The notes: generated by a model from the letters alone, not told the origin. Positions 38,190 to 48,855 are shown, counted from the stretch's first letter. The stretch: DNA of 64,000 nucleotides from Candidatus Uhrbacteria bacterium (GCA_018673485.1 JABHCP010000001.1:3512-67511), one strand, 5' to 3'. A program made the numbers and translations.

Positions 38190-39476
38190 ATGATCCCACA
38201 GTATAACGAAACCTACGAAAAGTTTTTATCGCTTACGAATCTTTGCGAAAAGGTATTTTCGGATTCGACGGCAGAGCTTAAGAAGTCTATGAAGCGCACT
38301 GAGCAATTTATGGAAGCTCTTGGTAGTCCGCACAAAAAGCTCAAGATTATTCACATTGCCGGCACCAGTGGTAAAGGATCAACCGCGTACATGGTTCATC
38401 AAATGCTTACAGCTGATAAGCAAAATGTTGGAACGTATCTATCTCCTCACACAACAACCTTTCTGGAACGCTTTCAATATAACGACAAGCTTTTGAGCGC
38501 TGACGATCTTGTGAGTTCGATGAATGAGCTCATGGATACTTATCAAAAACATCTGGCAAAAACTAATACTCCACTTTCATTTTTTGAGCTATCGACTTGC
38601 CTTTCACTTTTTGCTTTTCAAAAAGCTGGTGCAAGGTGGTGCGTACTTGAGACAGGATGCGGAGGTCGATGGGATGCTACAAATGTAATTCCGACTCCGG
38701 AGGTTGCGATTATCACAAATATCGATAAGGACCATACAGAACTTCTAGGTAACTCACTTGCACAAATCGCATTTGAAAAAGCAGGAATTATTAAAAAGAA
38801 TGGAACAATATTCTGTGGTGAAGTCAGACCAAATATAAAAAAGGTGTTCATGAAGGAAGCGATAAAAAATAATGCAGCGCTTTTCTTTATTCACCCACCA
38901 TTTGAAAACATCATTAACGCTGAGCATGGAGAGCATCAACAACACAATGCGTCACTTGCGATTGCTGCAGCGAAGGAGATAAACATCAAAGATAATGCGA
39001 TCGAGCAAACGCTTGATAATCTTAAGCGACTTCCCTGCCGATTTGAGACAATGCAACAGTCACCACAGATAATTCTCGATGGCGCCCACTCCCCTGCAAA
39101 GATCGCGGCCACTGTTAAAAAAATCAAAGAACTCAAAAAACCAATTCATCTAATCTTTGGATGTGCGGCAAATAAGGATGCACCGCAAATGCTCAAGCAA
39201 CTCATCCCTCACGTTGATAAAGTAACTACAACACGGTTCCAAATGGGCATGCGTAAGGCTGCGGTTCCATCTGAACTCCTGAAGGTTGCACCAAAAGCAA
39301 AGCGCGCAGGTTCATTCTTGGACCACAGTGAAGCGCTTGATCACGCAAAAAAACAAAGTAAGAATGACGAGGTAATAATCGCCACCGGCTCTCTCTTCTT
39401 AACCGGCGAGTTGAGAGCTAATTGGATAAGTGAGGATCAAATCGTTAAAAGCTCGAATTCATTCTCACACATATAA
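38190..39476 (+). CDS. folC: folylpolyglutamate synthase / Mur ligase family
   Basis: IHIAGTSGKGST P-loop, Mur ligase middle and C-terminal domains. Confidence 0.8.
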   Translation: MIPQYNETYEKFLSLTNLCEKVFSDSTAELKKSMKRTEQFMEALGSPHKKLKIIHIAGTSGKGSTAYMVHQMLTADKQNVGTYLSPHTTTFLERFQYNDKLLSADDLVSSMNELMDTYQKHLAKTNTPLSFFELSTCLSLFAFQKAGARWCVLETGCGGRWDATNVIPTPEVAIITNIDKDHTELLGNSLAQIAFEKAGIIKKNGTIFCGEVRPNIKKVFMKEAIKNNAALFFIHPPFENIINAEHGEHQQHNASLAIAAAKEINIKDNAIEQTLDNLKRLPCRFETMQQSPQIILDGAHSPAKIAATVKKIKELKKPIHLIFGCAANKDAPQMLKQLIPHVDKVTTTRFQMGMRKAAVPSELLKVAPKAKRAGSFLDHSEALDHAKKQSKNDEVIIATGSLFLTGELRANWISEDQIVKSSNSFSHI

Positions 39477-39556
39477 CCACCCCTATCCCCTCCTTAAAAA
39501 GTAGGGGGACCAAGATCTCGACCCTCCCCCTTTTTAAGGGGGAGCTGGAGGGGGTT
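39475..39556. repeat. palindromic MITE-like repeat (CCCCCT/AGGGGG family)
   Basis: aaccacccctatcccctccttaaaaagtagggggaccaagatctcgaccctccccctttttaagggggagctggagggggtt. Confidence 0.7.
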
Positions 39557-39629
39557 AAATCTTACGTCATTTGACATACTCCCTTATTTACTGCATTATT
39601 GCTACGTAAATACTACATTTTAGCCAACT

Positions 39630-41933
39630 ATGGGTACAAAATTATTGATCGTTGAGTCGCCAACCAAGGCTCGAACAATTACAAAATTCTTAGGCGCACC
39701 TTATGAGGTGCTTTCTTCATATGGCCACATTCGTGATCTTCCAAGAAAGGAAATGGGAGTTGATACTGAGAAAAACTTCACACCTAAATATGTTGTACCG
39801 ACTGACAAAAAGAAACGAGTCAGCGAACTAAAGGCAGCAGCAAAGAAAGCAGATGAAATTTACCTGGCGTCTGATGAAGACCGAGAAGGAGAAGCGATTG
39901 CCTGGCACATTGCTGAAATTTTAGGACTTAAAGAAAATGAAATAAAACGAATTGCATTTCACGAAATTACAAAGCACGCAATTGAAGAGGCTCTAAAGGA
40001 ACCAAGAAAATTATCAATGGACTTGGTCGATGCTCAACAAACCCGCAGAATCCTGGACCGCCTTGTAGGTTACGAACTCTCTCCGTTCCTGTGGAAAAAA
40101 GTCCAACGTGGGCTTTCAGCTGGACGAGTACAGTCTGTTGCACTGCGTCTAATTGTTGAACGCGAGCGCGAACGTAATGCATTTAATACAGATGAATACT
40201 GGACGATTGAAGGACTATTTGAAAAAGACGCAACTGAGTTTGAGGGCAAGCTATCAAAGATCGATGGTAAGACTGTAAAAAAGTTACAAATTCAAACTGA
40301 GGCTGACGCACAAAAAATCAAAGACGATGTAGCTGGAGTTGAGTTTACAGTTTCTTCAATGGAGAAAAAGCACGCAACACGTAAACCGCCAGTGCCACTA
40401 ACAACGTCATCATTGCAACAAGAAGCTAACAGCAAACTGGGGTTCGGAGCAAAGCAAACCATGACAATTGCGCAAAAGTTATACGAGACAGGTATGATCA
40501 CGTACATGCGTACTGACTCTCTCAACCTAGCTGACAAGTTTTTGGGTGAAGCGCAGGCATACATTCAAAGCAGTCTTGGAAGCGATTACGCAACAGGACA
40601 ACAGGTTTACAAAACAAAAAAGAAAGGGGCACAAGAAGCCCACGAAGCCATTCGTCCAACAGATGTCACAGCAAGCCCAGAGGACCTACGACAGAAACTC
40701 AGCGATGAAGGTCAATGGAAATTATACGACCTAATCTGGCGTCGAACACTAGCAACCCAACTTCCACCAGCAAAGCTCGAGCAAACCGGAATCAACTTGG
40801 AGGCAAAAAACTACACGTTCCGAGCTAGTGGAAGCATCATAGTATTTGATGGCTTCATGAAAGTTTACCGCGCAGCTAAGCAGACCATTCTTCCAGAGGT
40901 AAAAGAGGGTGATAAAGTGCTCGACAAGGGAGTGGATGCTAAACAACACTTTACAGAGCCACCAGCACGATTCTCTGATGCAACTTTGGTTAAAGTGATG
41001 GAAGAGCATGGAATTGGACGACCATCCACCTATGCCCCAACAATCGGAACAATAATCGACCGTGGATATGTTGAGCGCGATGAACGAAAGAAGCTCGCTC
41101 CAACAAATACAGCCTTGATTGTAACTGATCTATTAGTGGAGCACTTCCCAGACATTGTTGATTATGAGTTCACTGCGACGATGGAGAAAACGCTCGATGA
41201 AATTGCCGAAGGAAAAATCGAATGGGAACCAATGCTTGAAGCTTTTTACAGACCATTTCATAAGAACTTAGAAGAAAAAGCCGACGCACTCACAAGAGCA
41301 GACGTGATGCATGAGCGTGAGCTAGGAGTTGATAAGAAATCTGGAAAGATGGTATATCTAAAAACCGGACGATTCGGACCTTTCGTACAGCTTGGTGAGT
41401 ATCACAAAGAAGACAAAGAGGCACCGAAGCCAAAAAGTTCGTCACTACTCAAAGGCATGAACATGGACACTGTAAAGCTTGAGGAGGTTATGCCACTGTT
41501 CGATCTTCCCCGCACTGTTGGAGAAACTGAGGGTGGAGAAAAAATCACATCTCAACTTGGACCTTATGGACCATATCTAAAAGCTGGAAAACTCAATGCT
41601 TCCCTGCCAGAAGACATCAGCGTATTGGAAGTCGATGAGGCTACAGCGCGCGTAATCATCGAGACAACACGTGCTGAGAAGAAAGCTATGGCCGAGCCAC
41701 TTGCCAAGCTCGGCGAGGATCCAGAAAGCAAAGGTGAGATTCTTGTAAAGGTTGGGCGCTTTGGACCATACATATCAGACGGTACAACAAACGTATCAAT
41801 CCCGAAAAAGTTTGAGCCAACAGAAGTTAGCAGAGAACAAGCGATCGAGATGCTAATAAAGAAACGTGCCAAGAAAGGATATAAAAAAACACCAGCCAAG
41901 AAAAAACCTGCAAAGAAAACAAAAAAGAAATAG
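39630..41933 (+). CDS. topA: DNA topoisomerase I
   Basis: Toprim N-terminus MGTKLLIVESPTKARTI, GRFGPF/GRFGPY C-terminal repeats, Lys-rich tail. Confidence 0.95.
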   Translation: MGTKLLIVESPTKARTITKFLGAPYEVLSSYGHIRDLPRKEMGVDTEKNFTPKYVVPTDKKKRVSELKAAAKKADEIYLASDEDREGEAIAWHIAEILGLKENEIKRIAFHEITKHAIEEALKEPRKLSMDLVDAQQTRRILDRLVGYELSPFLWKKVQRGLSAGRVQSVALRLIVERERERNAFNTDEYWTIEGLFEKDATEFEGKLSKIDGKTVKKLQIQTEADAQKIKDDVAGVEFTVSSMEKKHATRKPPVPLTTSSLQQEANSKLGFGAKQTMTIAQKLYETGMITYMRTDSLNLADKFLGEAQAYIQSSLGSDYATGQQVYKTKKKGAQEAHEAIRPTDVTASPEDLRQKLSDEGQWKLYDLIWRRTLATQLPPAKLEQTGINLEAKNYTFRASGSIIVFDGFMKVYRAAKQTILPEVKEGDKVLDKGVDAKQHFTEPPARFSDATLVKVMEEHGIGRPSTYAPTIGTIIDRGYVERDERKKLAPTNTALIVTDLLVEHFPDIVDYEFTATMEKTLDEIAEGKIEWEPMLEAFYRPFHKNLEEKADALTRADVMHERELGVDKKSGKMVYLKTGRFGPFVQLGEYHKEDKEAPKPKSSSLLKGMNMDTVKLEEVMPLFDLPRTVGETEGGEKITSQLGPYGPYLKAGKLNASLPEDISVLEVDEATARVIIETTRAEKKAMAEPLAKLGEDPESKGEILVKVGRFGPYISDGTTNVSIPKKFEPTEVSREQAIEMLIKKRAKKGYKKTPAKKKPAKKTKKK

Positions 41934-41963
41934 GCTCCCAAGCCTATTTCTTTTTTTAACTAC

Positions 41964-43370
41964 TTACTCAGCTTCTGCCTGCGCTTTCTCTGCAGCGGCT
42001 AAGTCTTTCTCAAGCTTCTCTTTTCGTTTTTTCAACTCCTCGATCTTTTTCTCTACCTTTTCTAGTTTTTTCTGAAGTGCCTCTTTGTCCACATCAGACA
42101 AACCTTCAGCATCAAGTTGAGTTTCTAGATCTTTTCTTTGATCTACGAATGAGCCTTCATCTACATAGATCTGCTCAGCCGTATCACTGAGCTCTTTTTG
42201 CTTATCCGCGTCTTTGATACCTTCAATCCTTTTATCAAACTTTTCCTGCTCTGACGCACTTTCTTTGGCCTTTTCTTTATCTCTTTTATTCCGACCAATT
42301 TTTTTAACAACTTCAGATTTCTTTTTATCACGCTCGTCCAACCACTTATCCAAATTTTTGGTTGACTCACTTGCCTCACCAAACTTTAGGTCCTCTTGAC
42401 CGATCATCTGCTTGGCAAATCCCCAAGCCCCAACCGCCATTCTTGGCAATGTTGGCAATGATCCTTGAATTGGCTTAAGACCGAACGCAAACTTACCAGC
42501 AAGCCCCACCGGACCAATAGCCGCAGCTGCCGCAGTCCACTTCACTTTATCCACCTTATTTTTGTGCGCCTTTTCTTGATCTGCTTTGGCCTTCGCTGCA
42601 TCAAACTCAGCCTGTTCCTCTTCTTGCCTAGCCTGTTCTGCCAACTGATCTGCAGTCTGTTGCTCTTGTTTCTCGGTCTCAACTCTAGCTTCGCGTTGCT
42701 CTCTCTTAGTCTCATCTCTACCAAAACCTAATTCACTTGCCGCTACTACCCCAGCTACTAATCCTAGCTCGGCCATAGCTTTTTGCGTATCTTGGACTTG
42801 TTGACCTATCCTCACCTTCTCATCTTCATCAGTGGCATTAGCCATTTGCTCACCAAGGCGTTGAAATTCAGCATTAAACCAATCCCTGTCCCATTTTTCC
42901 TTATCCCATTTTTCTTTGCCTGCCTCAATTTGTTCTTGCGACTGAACCTTTTTCTCCTCCAGTTCTTTTAGTTCATTATTAATAGCAATCTCATGTTTAC
43001 CAGGGCGAGCAAGTTCACTATTTAATTCTTCACTTCGTTCTTTTAAAGTCTTCAATTCAGCACTTTCCGACCGGTCTTCGGCCTCAGCTCGTTCTTGTCT
43101 TGAATCAAACTCAACATATATATCTTCAAAATCCTGACCATCTTCAAGATCGCGAATGATACTCATCCAGATCTCTGCATCCTCAAGTTCATCTGCATGC
43201 CTTGCCTCCTCTTCTGCATGCCTAGCCTCTTCTGCTTGTTCTAAGGCTTTCTCCTGCTTCTCTCTTTCTGCTTGTTGCTCAGGAGACTCTACGCCCTTTT
43301 CTTTTCCACCTTCAACCGCTGCCCCCTCCGCAGCCTTACTTTTATCTAATTCTTTGTCTGCTTTTGTCAT
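41964..43370 (-). CDS. highly charged coiled-coil protein
   Basis: E/K/Q-rich heptad-like sequence of about 469 aa, with a hydrophobic segment AAAIGPVGLAGKFAFGL. Confidence 0.5.
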   Translation of the reverse strand: MTKADKELDKSKAAEGAAVEGGKEKGVESPEQQAEREKQEKALEQAEEARHAEEEARHADELEDAEIWMSIIRDLEDGQDFEDIYVEFDSRQERAEAEDRSESAELKTLKERSEELNSELARPGKHEIAINNELKELEEKKVQSQEQIEAGKEKWDKEKWDRDWFNAEFQRLGEQMANATDEDEKVRIGQQVQDTQKAMAELGLVAGVVAASELGFGRDETKREQREARVETEKQEQQTADQLAEQARQEEEQAEFDAAKAKADQEKAHKNKVDKVKWTAAAAAIGPVGLAGKFAFGLKPIQGSLPTLPRMAVGAWGFAKQMIGQEDLKFGEASESTKNLDKWLDERDKKKSEVVKKIGRNKRDKEKAKESASEQEKFDKRIEGIKDADKQKELSDTAEQIYVDEGSFVDQRKDLETQLDAEGLSDVDKEALQKKLEKVEKKIEELKKRKEKLEKDLAAAEKAQAEAE

Positions 43371-43479
43371 ATGTCTATATGATATCAAAATCTTGCTTTT
43401 CGTGGTATTGCACGCTAGTGTATACTGTAGGGTAGAAGATAGTCGACAGCACAAAGCCTAAAGCTTAAAGTAGAATTAC

Positions 43480-43530
43480 GGCAACCCCCTGTCGTCCCCC
43501 TTGGGAAGGGGGGACACGAGAGTCTCGACT
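43480..43530. repeat. truncated copy of the CCCCCT/AGGGGG palindromic repeat
   Basis: ggcaaccccctgtcgtcccccttgggaaggggggacacgagagtctcgac. Confidence 0.6.
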
Positions 43531-43564
43531 GGGTTCTGGCATCTGTAGTCTGTATTCTGAACAT

Positions 43565-45034
43565 ATGAAAATAGCTTTTGAAACAATTAAAGAAGTTCTC
43601 ACACCTGATCGGTATACGTCCGATGATATTGAGATTGCCAAAAAAGCATTCAACATGGCTAATCAGGCGCATGAGGGTCAGGTTCGTAAAACTGGAGAGC
43701 CGTACTTTATTCATCCGATGATTACCTGCATGAAGCTTGCGGAGATGAAGCTTCCTATTGAAGTTGTCATTGCTGGGCTATTGCATGACGTGCCGGAAGA
43801 TACAGAGGTGGAGCTTGATGAGATTCGCAATGCTTTTGGTGATGACGTTGCCAACATGGTTAATGGAGTTACAAAACTTGGACACGTTCAGTACCGTGGT
43901 ATTGATCGCTACGTAGAGAATCTGCGCAAGATGTTTTTGGCGATGGCCCAAGACGTTCGCGTGGTATTCATTAAATTCGCCGACAGAATGCACAACATGG
44001 AAACGCTCTATGTTATTCCAGAACACAAGCGCCGGCGCATTGCAAAAGAAGTAATGGAAATCTACGCCCCTATTGCCAACCGACTTGGAATGGGAGAATA
44101 TCGTGGGCTTTTTGAAGACTACGCATTTAGGTACCTTGAACCAAAAGAATACAACTGGACAAAACATTTGCTAGAGCAACGCGTAAAAAAAGCAGGGCCC
44201 GCGATGGAACGCGCTATGAAAAATGTAGAGTCAGATTTGCAAAAGCACAACATTCAAATATTAAACGTCCATGGAAGAATTAAGTACTGTCATTCGCTTT
44301 ACAAGAAACTTAGGCGTTACAATGACGATATTTCCAAAGTGTATGACATCATGGCACTGCGCATTCTTGTAAACGACGTGAGTGAATGCTATGCAGCGCT
44401 CGGAATTTTGCATGGTCTTTACACACCACTCTCTGGACGGATTAAAGACTACATCTCGCAACCTAAACCAAACGGATATCAATCACTGCATACAACCGTT
44501 TTTGATGACCAAGGGCATATTCTTGAATTCCAAATCCGAACCACAGAAATGCATGAAGAAGCTGAATACGGTATTGCGGCACACTGGAGGTATAAAGAAA
44601 ATCCTAATCAAAAAGACCGTGAAGTATCCTGGATGAATGAGTTGGTGAAAATTCAAAAAGAGCTCGACGAAGAAGATTTCATGGATCGCCTTGATGAGCT
44701 AAAGCTCGACATGTTCCAAGATAGAATCTTTGTGTTCTCACCAAACGGAGATGTTTTTGACCTCCCTTCTGGTTCAACACCAATTGATTTTGCATACAAT
44801 GTTCATACTGACATCGGGAACAAAGCAAGTGGCGCCAAGATAAATCATCAAATGGCGAACTTAAATACTCCACTTCGCTCAGGGGATATGTGCGAAATTC
44901 TTGTTGATAAAAATAGACAAAGTCCGAATGCTGATTGGCTCAAGTTTGTAAAAACACATCATGCGCGAACCAAGATTCGTGACGCACTAAAGAAATCAAA
45001 AAAGTCATTCTTCCAAGGTTTTATAAATAGGTAG
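43565..45034 (+). CDS. RelA/SpoT-family (p)ppGpp synthetase/hydrolase (short form)
   Basis: HD domain (HDVPEDT), synthetase domain, TGS domain (IFVFSPNGDVFDLPSGSTPIDFAY); 489 aa, no ACT domain. Confidence 0.9.
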   Translation: MKIAFETIKEVLTPDRYTSDDIEIAKKAFNMANQAHEGQVRKTGEPYFIHPMITCMKLAEMKLPIEVVIAGLLHDVPEDTEVELDEIRNAFGDDVANMVNGVTKLGHVQYRGIDRYVENLRKMFLAMAQDVRVVFIKFADRMHNMETLYVIPEHKRRRIAKEVMEIYAPIANRLGMGEYRGLFEDYAFRYLEPKEYNWTKHLLEQRVKKAGPAMERAMKNVESDLQKHNIQILNVHGRIKYCHSLYKKLRRYNDDISKVYDIMALRILVNDVSECYAALGILHGLYTPLSGRIKDYISQPKPNGYQSLHTTVFDDQGHILEFQIRTTEMHEEAEYGIAAHWRYKENPNQKDREVSWMNELVKIQKELDEEDFMDRLDELKLDMFQDRIFVFSPNGDVFDLPSGSTPIDFAYNVHTDIGNKASGAKINHQMANLNTPLRSGDMCEILVDKNRQSPNADWLKFVKTHHARTKIRDALKKSKKSFFQGFINR

Positions 45035-45035
45035 T

Positions 45036-45431
45036 ATGGAAAATATTGCAATTGGAATTGTTCGAAACAGGCAAGGGCAAGTGCTTATTATACGAAGAAA
45101 AAATCCAGAAGAAAGTCCACACCTCACAAAATTATTCTGGGCATTTCCAGGAGGCAGGCCAGAACAAGGTGAGTCGCTTGAAGAAACTGTAATTCGTGAA
45201 ATAAAAGAAGAAACAGACATTGATGTTAAAATCAATCACCTACTTTCTACGCGCCTGCATCCCGAGTTCCCAGTTCACGCAACTTATTTTGCTTGCCACC
45301 CTATCAATCAAGCTCAGAAACCAGTGCCAGATAATAAAGAAACGATCGATGCGAGATGGGTGATTCCAGATCAATTAGAAAAATACTTTACAACAAATCT
45401 CAGTCCTGACGTCATCGCATATCTGCGATAG
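45036..45431 (+). CDS. NUDIX hydrolase
   Basis: GGRPEQGESLEETVIREIKEETDIDV Nudix box; its start is 2 bp after the rel stop. Confidence 0.8.
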   Translation: MENIAIGIVRNRQGQVLIIRRKNPEESPHLTKLFWAFPGGRPEQGESLEETVIREIKEETDIDVKINHLLSTRLHPEFPVHATYFACHPINQAQKPVPDNKETIDARWVIPDQLEKYFTTNLSPDVIAYLR

Positions 45432-45433
45432 TA

Positions 45434-45458
45434 AAAAGACCGGCTTAGCCGGTCTTTT
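45434..45458. terminator. bidirectional terminator between the Nudix gene and parB
   Basis: AAAAGACCGGCttaGCCGGTCTTTT. Confidence 0.7.
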
Positions 45459-45466
45459 GAATATTC

Positions 45467-46354
45467 CTATTCTACAATCTTTTTTATAAAATCTTTCAGC
45501 TCCTCGCGCGAGAAAAAACTAATTGTGACTTTGCTCGACGCTCCCTTCACATTAAGTGCTACCTTGGTTCCCAGCGCCTCTCTGAGCTCTGCCTCGATGG
45601 CAGCGATGTTTGGATCTTTTTCAGATGTCTTTCGCGGCGTTGTAGCACGAGCCTCTGCCTCACGCACGCTCATTCCGCCTCCAAGCATTTGCTTGAACAA
45701 TTCGTTTCGACGAATAGGATCCGATTCTGACAATAATGTTCGAGCGTGTGAGCGAGTAATCTTTTTCTCCATCAAAGCCTGTTGAACCTCATCGTCCAAA
45801 TCCATCAGACGCATTGTGTTGGCAACATAGCTCCGGCTCTTCCCTACTCTCTTTCCGATCTCATCTTGTTTTAAATTAAACAGCTCAACAAAAGAATTAA
45901 ATGCTCTGGCCTCTTCAATAGCATTCAAGTTTGATCGCTGAATATTCTCGATAAGTGCTAGCTCAAGTTTTTGCTGATCGGTCGCAGTTCTGACAACTGC
46001 CGGTACTGACTTCATTCCTAGCATCTTTGCACATCGAAATCGACGCTCACCAGCAATAAGCTCATATCTGCCATCATCAGTTCTAGTAACCAATAAGGGC
46101 TGCAAAATTCCATGCTCCTTAATTGATTGCAAAAGATCCTCCAAATCTGATGGAGAAAAATGCACTCGCGGCTGATGTGGATTCTCGACAATACTTTCCA
46201 CTGGAATCTCTGACTCAACAGTATGTTTTATCACATCTGCTGCCTCGGTGCCGGGCTGTGGTGCTATTTTTGGTGGAATCAATGAACTAAGTCCACGACC
46301 TAATCCTCCCTTAGGTGTTACCATATAAAACTTCTTTGGTTGCGTTATCTTCAC
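45467..46354 (-). CDS. parB: chromosome partitioning protein ParB
   Basis: GERRFRCAKMLGMKSVPAVV ParB box; HTH. Confidence 0.9.
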   Translation of the reverse strand: MKITQPKKFYMVTPKGGLGRGLSSLIPPKIAPQPGTEAADVIKHTVESEIPVESIVENPHQPRVHFSPSDLEDLLQSIKEHGILQPLLVTRTDDGRYELIAGERRFRCAKMLGMKSVPAVVRTATDQQKLELALIENIQRSNLNAIEEARAFNSFVELFNLKQDEIGKRVGKSRSYVANTMRLMDLDDEVQQALMEKKITRSHARTLLSESDPIRRNELFKQMLGGGMSVREAEARATTPRKTSEKDPNIAAIEAELREALGTKVALNVKGASSKVTISFFSREELKDFIKKIVE

Positions 46355-47105
46355 GCGTTAAAAATTCTTTTGCTAATCGCTCGTACGAACGTGCTGCCTT
46401 TGACTTTGGATCATAATGCGCAATTGATTGACCAAAACTTGGTGCCTCTGCCAGTCGTACACTGCGCGGAATTACTGACCGGAAAATCTTTTCTGGGAAA
46501 TGCTTGTACAGCTCTTCTAAAACTTGATTTGATAATTTTGTTCGAGAATCAAACATTGTGATAACCGCCCCCATAACTTGCAACTCCGGCTTAAGTGATT
46601 GCTTGACCATGTTGATGGTTTGCATGAGCTGACCCAATCCTTCAAGAGCGTAGTACTCGGCTTGCACTGGAATCAATACACTGTCCGCTGCAACAAGTCC
46701 GTTGATAGTTAGCAATCCAAGTGTTGGTGGATTATCGATGAGAACATAATCATAGTCATTGCGAACTTCCAAAAGTGCCTGATGCAACTTACGCTCACGA
46801 CCAAATTCATTTACTAGCTCAACTGACGCCGCTGCCAAATTAGCATGCCCTGGCAATATGTGAAGACCTTCGTGCGCAGTCTTTACTAAAAGTTCACGCG
46901 CTGGGTGAAGCCCTGCGAGCGCCTCATAAGTTCCTTTGGTGTCAGAGATGTCATGCCCCAATCCACTCGATGCGTTTGCCTGTGGGTCCAAATCTACCAA
47001 CAAAACATACTTTCCCATGTCCGCCAAATACGCAGCCAGATTCACTGCTGTTGTGGATTTACCAACTCCTCCCTTTTGATTTACAACTGAAACAATATGC
47101 GCCAT
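46311..47105 (-). CDS. parA: chromosome partitioning ATPase ParA/Soj
   Basis: NQKGGVGKSTTAVNLAAYLA deviant Walker A. Confidence 0.9.
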   Translation of the reverse strand: MAHIVSVVNQKGGVGKSTTAVNLAAYLADMGKYVLLVDLDPQANASSGLGHDISDTKGTYEALAGLHPARELLVKTAHEGLHILPGHANLAAASVELVNEFGRERKLHQALLEVRNDYDYVLIDNPPTLGLLTINGLVAADSVLIPVQAEYYALEGLGQLMQTINMVKQSLKPELQVMGAVITMFDSRTKLSNQVLEELYKHFPEKIFRSVIPRSVRLAEAPSFGQSIAHYDPKSKAARSYERLAKEFLTREDNATKEVLYGNT

Positions 47106-47176
47106 AACGCAATTATTATATCAGTTAAGTAAGTGTTGAGCAAAACAAAAAGACCCGTCCTGAGGACCGGTATTCT

Positions 47177-47253
<77 letters not shown>

Positions 47254-47332
47254 CGAAGATACTACAAGTTTTAGCTCATTTTGTCAAACATAAGGGATAC
47301 AAAAAAATCTCTACATTTCTGTAAAGACTTTT

Positions 47333-47419
47333 TGGTGGGCAAGGCGGGGATCGAACCCGCACGGTATTGCTACCACGGGATTTTGAGTCCCGCGCGTCTA
47401 CCAGTTCCGCCACTCGCCC
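47333..47419 (-). tRNA. tRNA-Leu (CAA)
   Basis: 87 nt with a long variable arm, anticodon loop CUCAAAA, acceptor GGGCGAG/CTTGCCC, encoded CCA. Confidence 0.85.
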
Positions 47420-47661
47420 GTAGTGGTTTTAACGGGGAAATAGTATCAAAAATGGTTAAAATAGTCAATCCAAGGCCTTGCAAAAATACGATTATTTTGA
47501 TATAGTCTTGGCGCAGAACAAGACATCTGTACTAAGTAAACGAAGAAATTTCAGTGTAATATCAGTGCACATCGAGCATACAGAAAGACGTATAGATAAT
47601 ACGTCGTTGAGGAGCGGAGGTGTAAGCTGATAGTGCGCAAAATTTCAAAGTGAACAAATAA

Positions 47662-47738
47662 GGCTGGGTAGCTCAATTGGTTAGAGCGCAGGACTCATAA
47701 GCCTGAGGTTGTGGGTTCAATTCCCACCCCAGCTACCA
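47662..47738 (+). tRNA. tRNA-Met or tRNA-Ile2 (CAT)
   Basis: GGCTGGGTAGCTCAATTGGTTAGAGCGCAGGACTCATAAGCCTG...CCCAGCTACCA; anticodon CAT; lysidine-Ile cannot be excluded. Confidence 0.8.
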
Positions 47739-47768
47739 AAAAAGTTTGAGCTAGTCTCGAACTTTTTT
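47739..47768 (+). terminator. terminator after the tRNA
   Basis: GTTTGAGctagtCTCGAAC hairpin followed by TTTTTT. Confidence 0.6.
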
Positions 47769-48258
47769 GATACATCGTGATATAATGATTCTCGTTATGA
47801 CAATTAGTACACATACAGCGATAGGTGCCGCAATTGGATTTGCGGTTGGAAATCCCATTCTGGGTTTTATAATTGGATTCACCTCTCACTTTATCTTGGA
47901 TACGATTCCGCATGGCGACAGCAAGATCAGTGATAATCTACGAGTACACAAAAAGAAAAAAGGTGCGTTCACTTATGGAACAATAGATGGCGTTGTAGCG
48001 ATCTACATAATCCTGCTCTTAACTCCAATTTCAAAAGAAACATCAGAGCTCGCCTTCAGCGCCGCAATCGCTGGAAGCATATTGCCGGATCTGCTCGTAG
48101 GACTTCACGACCTCACAAAGTCCAAATTTCTTAAACCAATCAACGACCTACACTTTTTCTTCCACGACTTTTTTGTAAAAAAACATGGAGATATAAAACT
48201 CCCCACCGCTCTCCTGGGCCAAGTAGTGCTCATCGCTATCATCATGACCCAAATTTAA
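47767..48258 (+). CDS. hypothetical polytopic membrane protein (possibly YdjM/DUF457-like metal hydrolase)
   Basis: His-rich transmembrane segments (FTSHFILDTIPHGD); an extended -10 TGATATAAT lies at ~47778, so the true start is probably an internal Met. Confidence 0.45.
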   Translation: MIHRDIMILVMTISTHTAIGAAIGFAVGNPILGFIIGFTSHFILDTIPHGDSKISDNLRVHKKKKGAFTYGTIDGVVAIYIILLLTPISKETSELAFSAAIAGSILPDLLVGLHDLTKSKFLKPINDLHFFFHDFFVKKHGDIKLPTALLGQVVLIAIIMTQI

Positions 48259-48272
48259 AACGACGCTCTACA

Positions 48273-48333
48273 TTGTCATCCCGAGCATAGTCGAGGGATC
48301 TCTCGACTCACTCCGTTCGCTCGAGATGACGAT
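48273..48333. repeat. palindromic repeat (GTCATCCCGAGC...GCTCGAGATGAC)
   Basis: Inverted arms flanking a GTCGAGggatctCTCGAC hairpin. Confidence 0.6.
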
Positions 48334-48353
48334 AATTGTGGCGATTTTTTTAT

Positions 48354-48845
48354 TTAAAACAACACATCCGCGCTCACGCTTAAGATTGTCACAATGATTC
48401 CTGCGGTTAGTATTCCTGGGATAATTCCCATGATTGCGTACTTGAATGGTATCTTGAGTGCTACCGCTGCAAGCGTTGCAGTCCAAAGACCAGTAAGTGG
48501 CAGAGGTAAGGCTGTGAACAAAAACAAAGCCAAGGCCCCGTACTTTGCGTACTTATCGCGCACTCTACGTTCAGCTCGGTCAACCGATTTATCTATCACT
48601 TTCGTCATCCATGGAGCGATCTTTTCTGTAATCGATCGAAGCCAATTAAGGCCAAAGTATAGCGGAATGAGCGGAATCAAGTTCCCCACTATTGCATATC
48701 CCAGTGCATCAAGGGGTGAGAGAAGCCATGTATGCATTGCAATCGGAACAGCCAAGCGAAGCTCGGTGATTGGCAGGGTCGCCAAAATAACAGTCGCAAG
48801 CTCGCGTGGAAACGAATCAAGAAATTGTACAATTGTGTCGATCAT
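48354..48845 (-). CDS. hypothetical membrane protein (COG2426 small-export-protein-like)
   Basis: 163 aa, four transmembrane helices, ITELRLAVPIA motif. Confidence 0.45.
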   Translation of the reverse strand: MIDTIVQFLDSFPRELATVILATLPITELRLAVPIAMHTWLLSPLDALGYAIVGNLIPLIPLYFGLNWLRSITEKIAPWMTKVIDKSVDRAERRVRDKYAKYGALALFLFTALPLPLTGLWTATLAAVALKIPFKYAIMGIIPGILTAGIIVTILSVSADVLF

Positions 48846-48855
48846 AATTTTTTAT

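Noticed and set aside
47695-47913. 72 aa minus-strand ORF overlapping the tRNA-Met(CAT) gene and the following terminator
   Set aside because: It overlaps a confident tRNA and a terminator, which is implausible for a coding gene.
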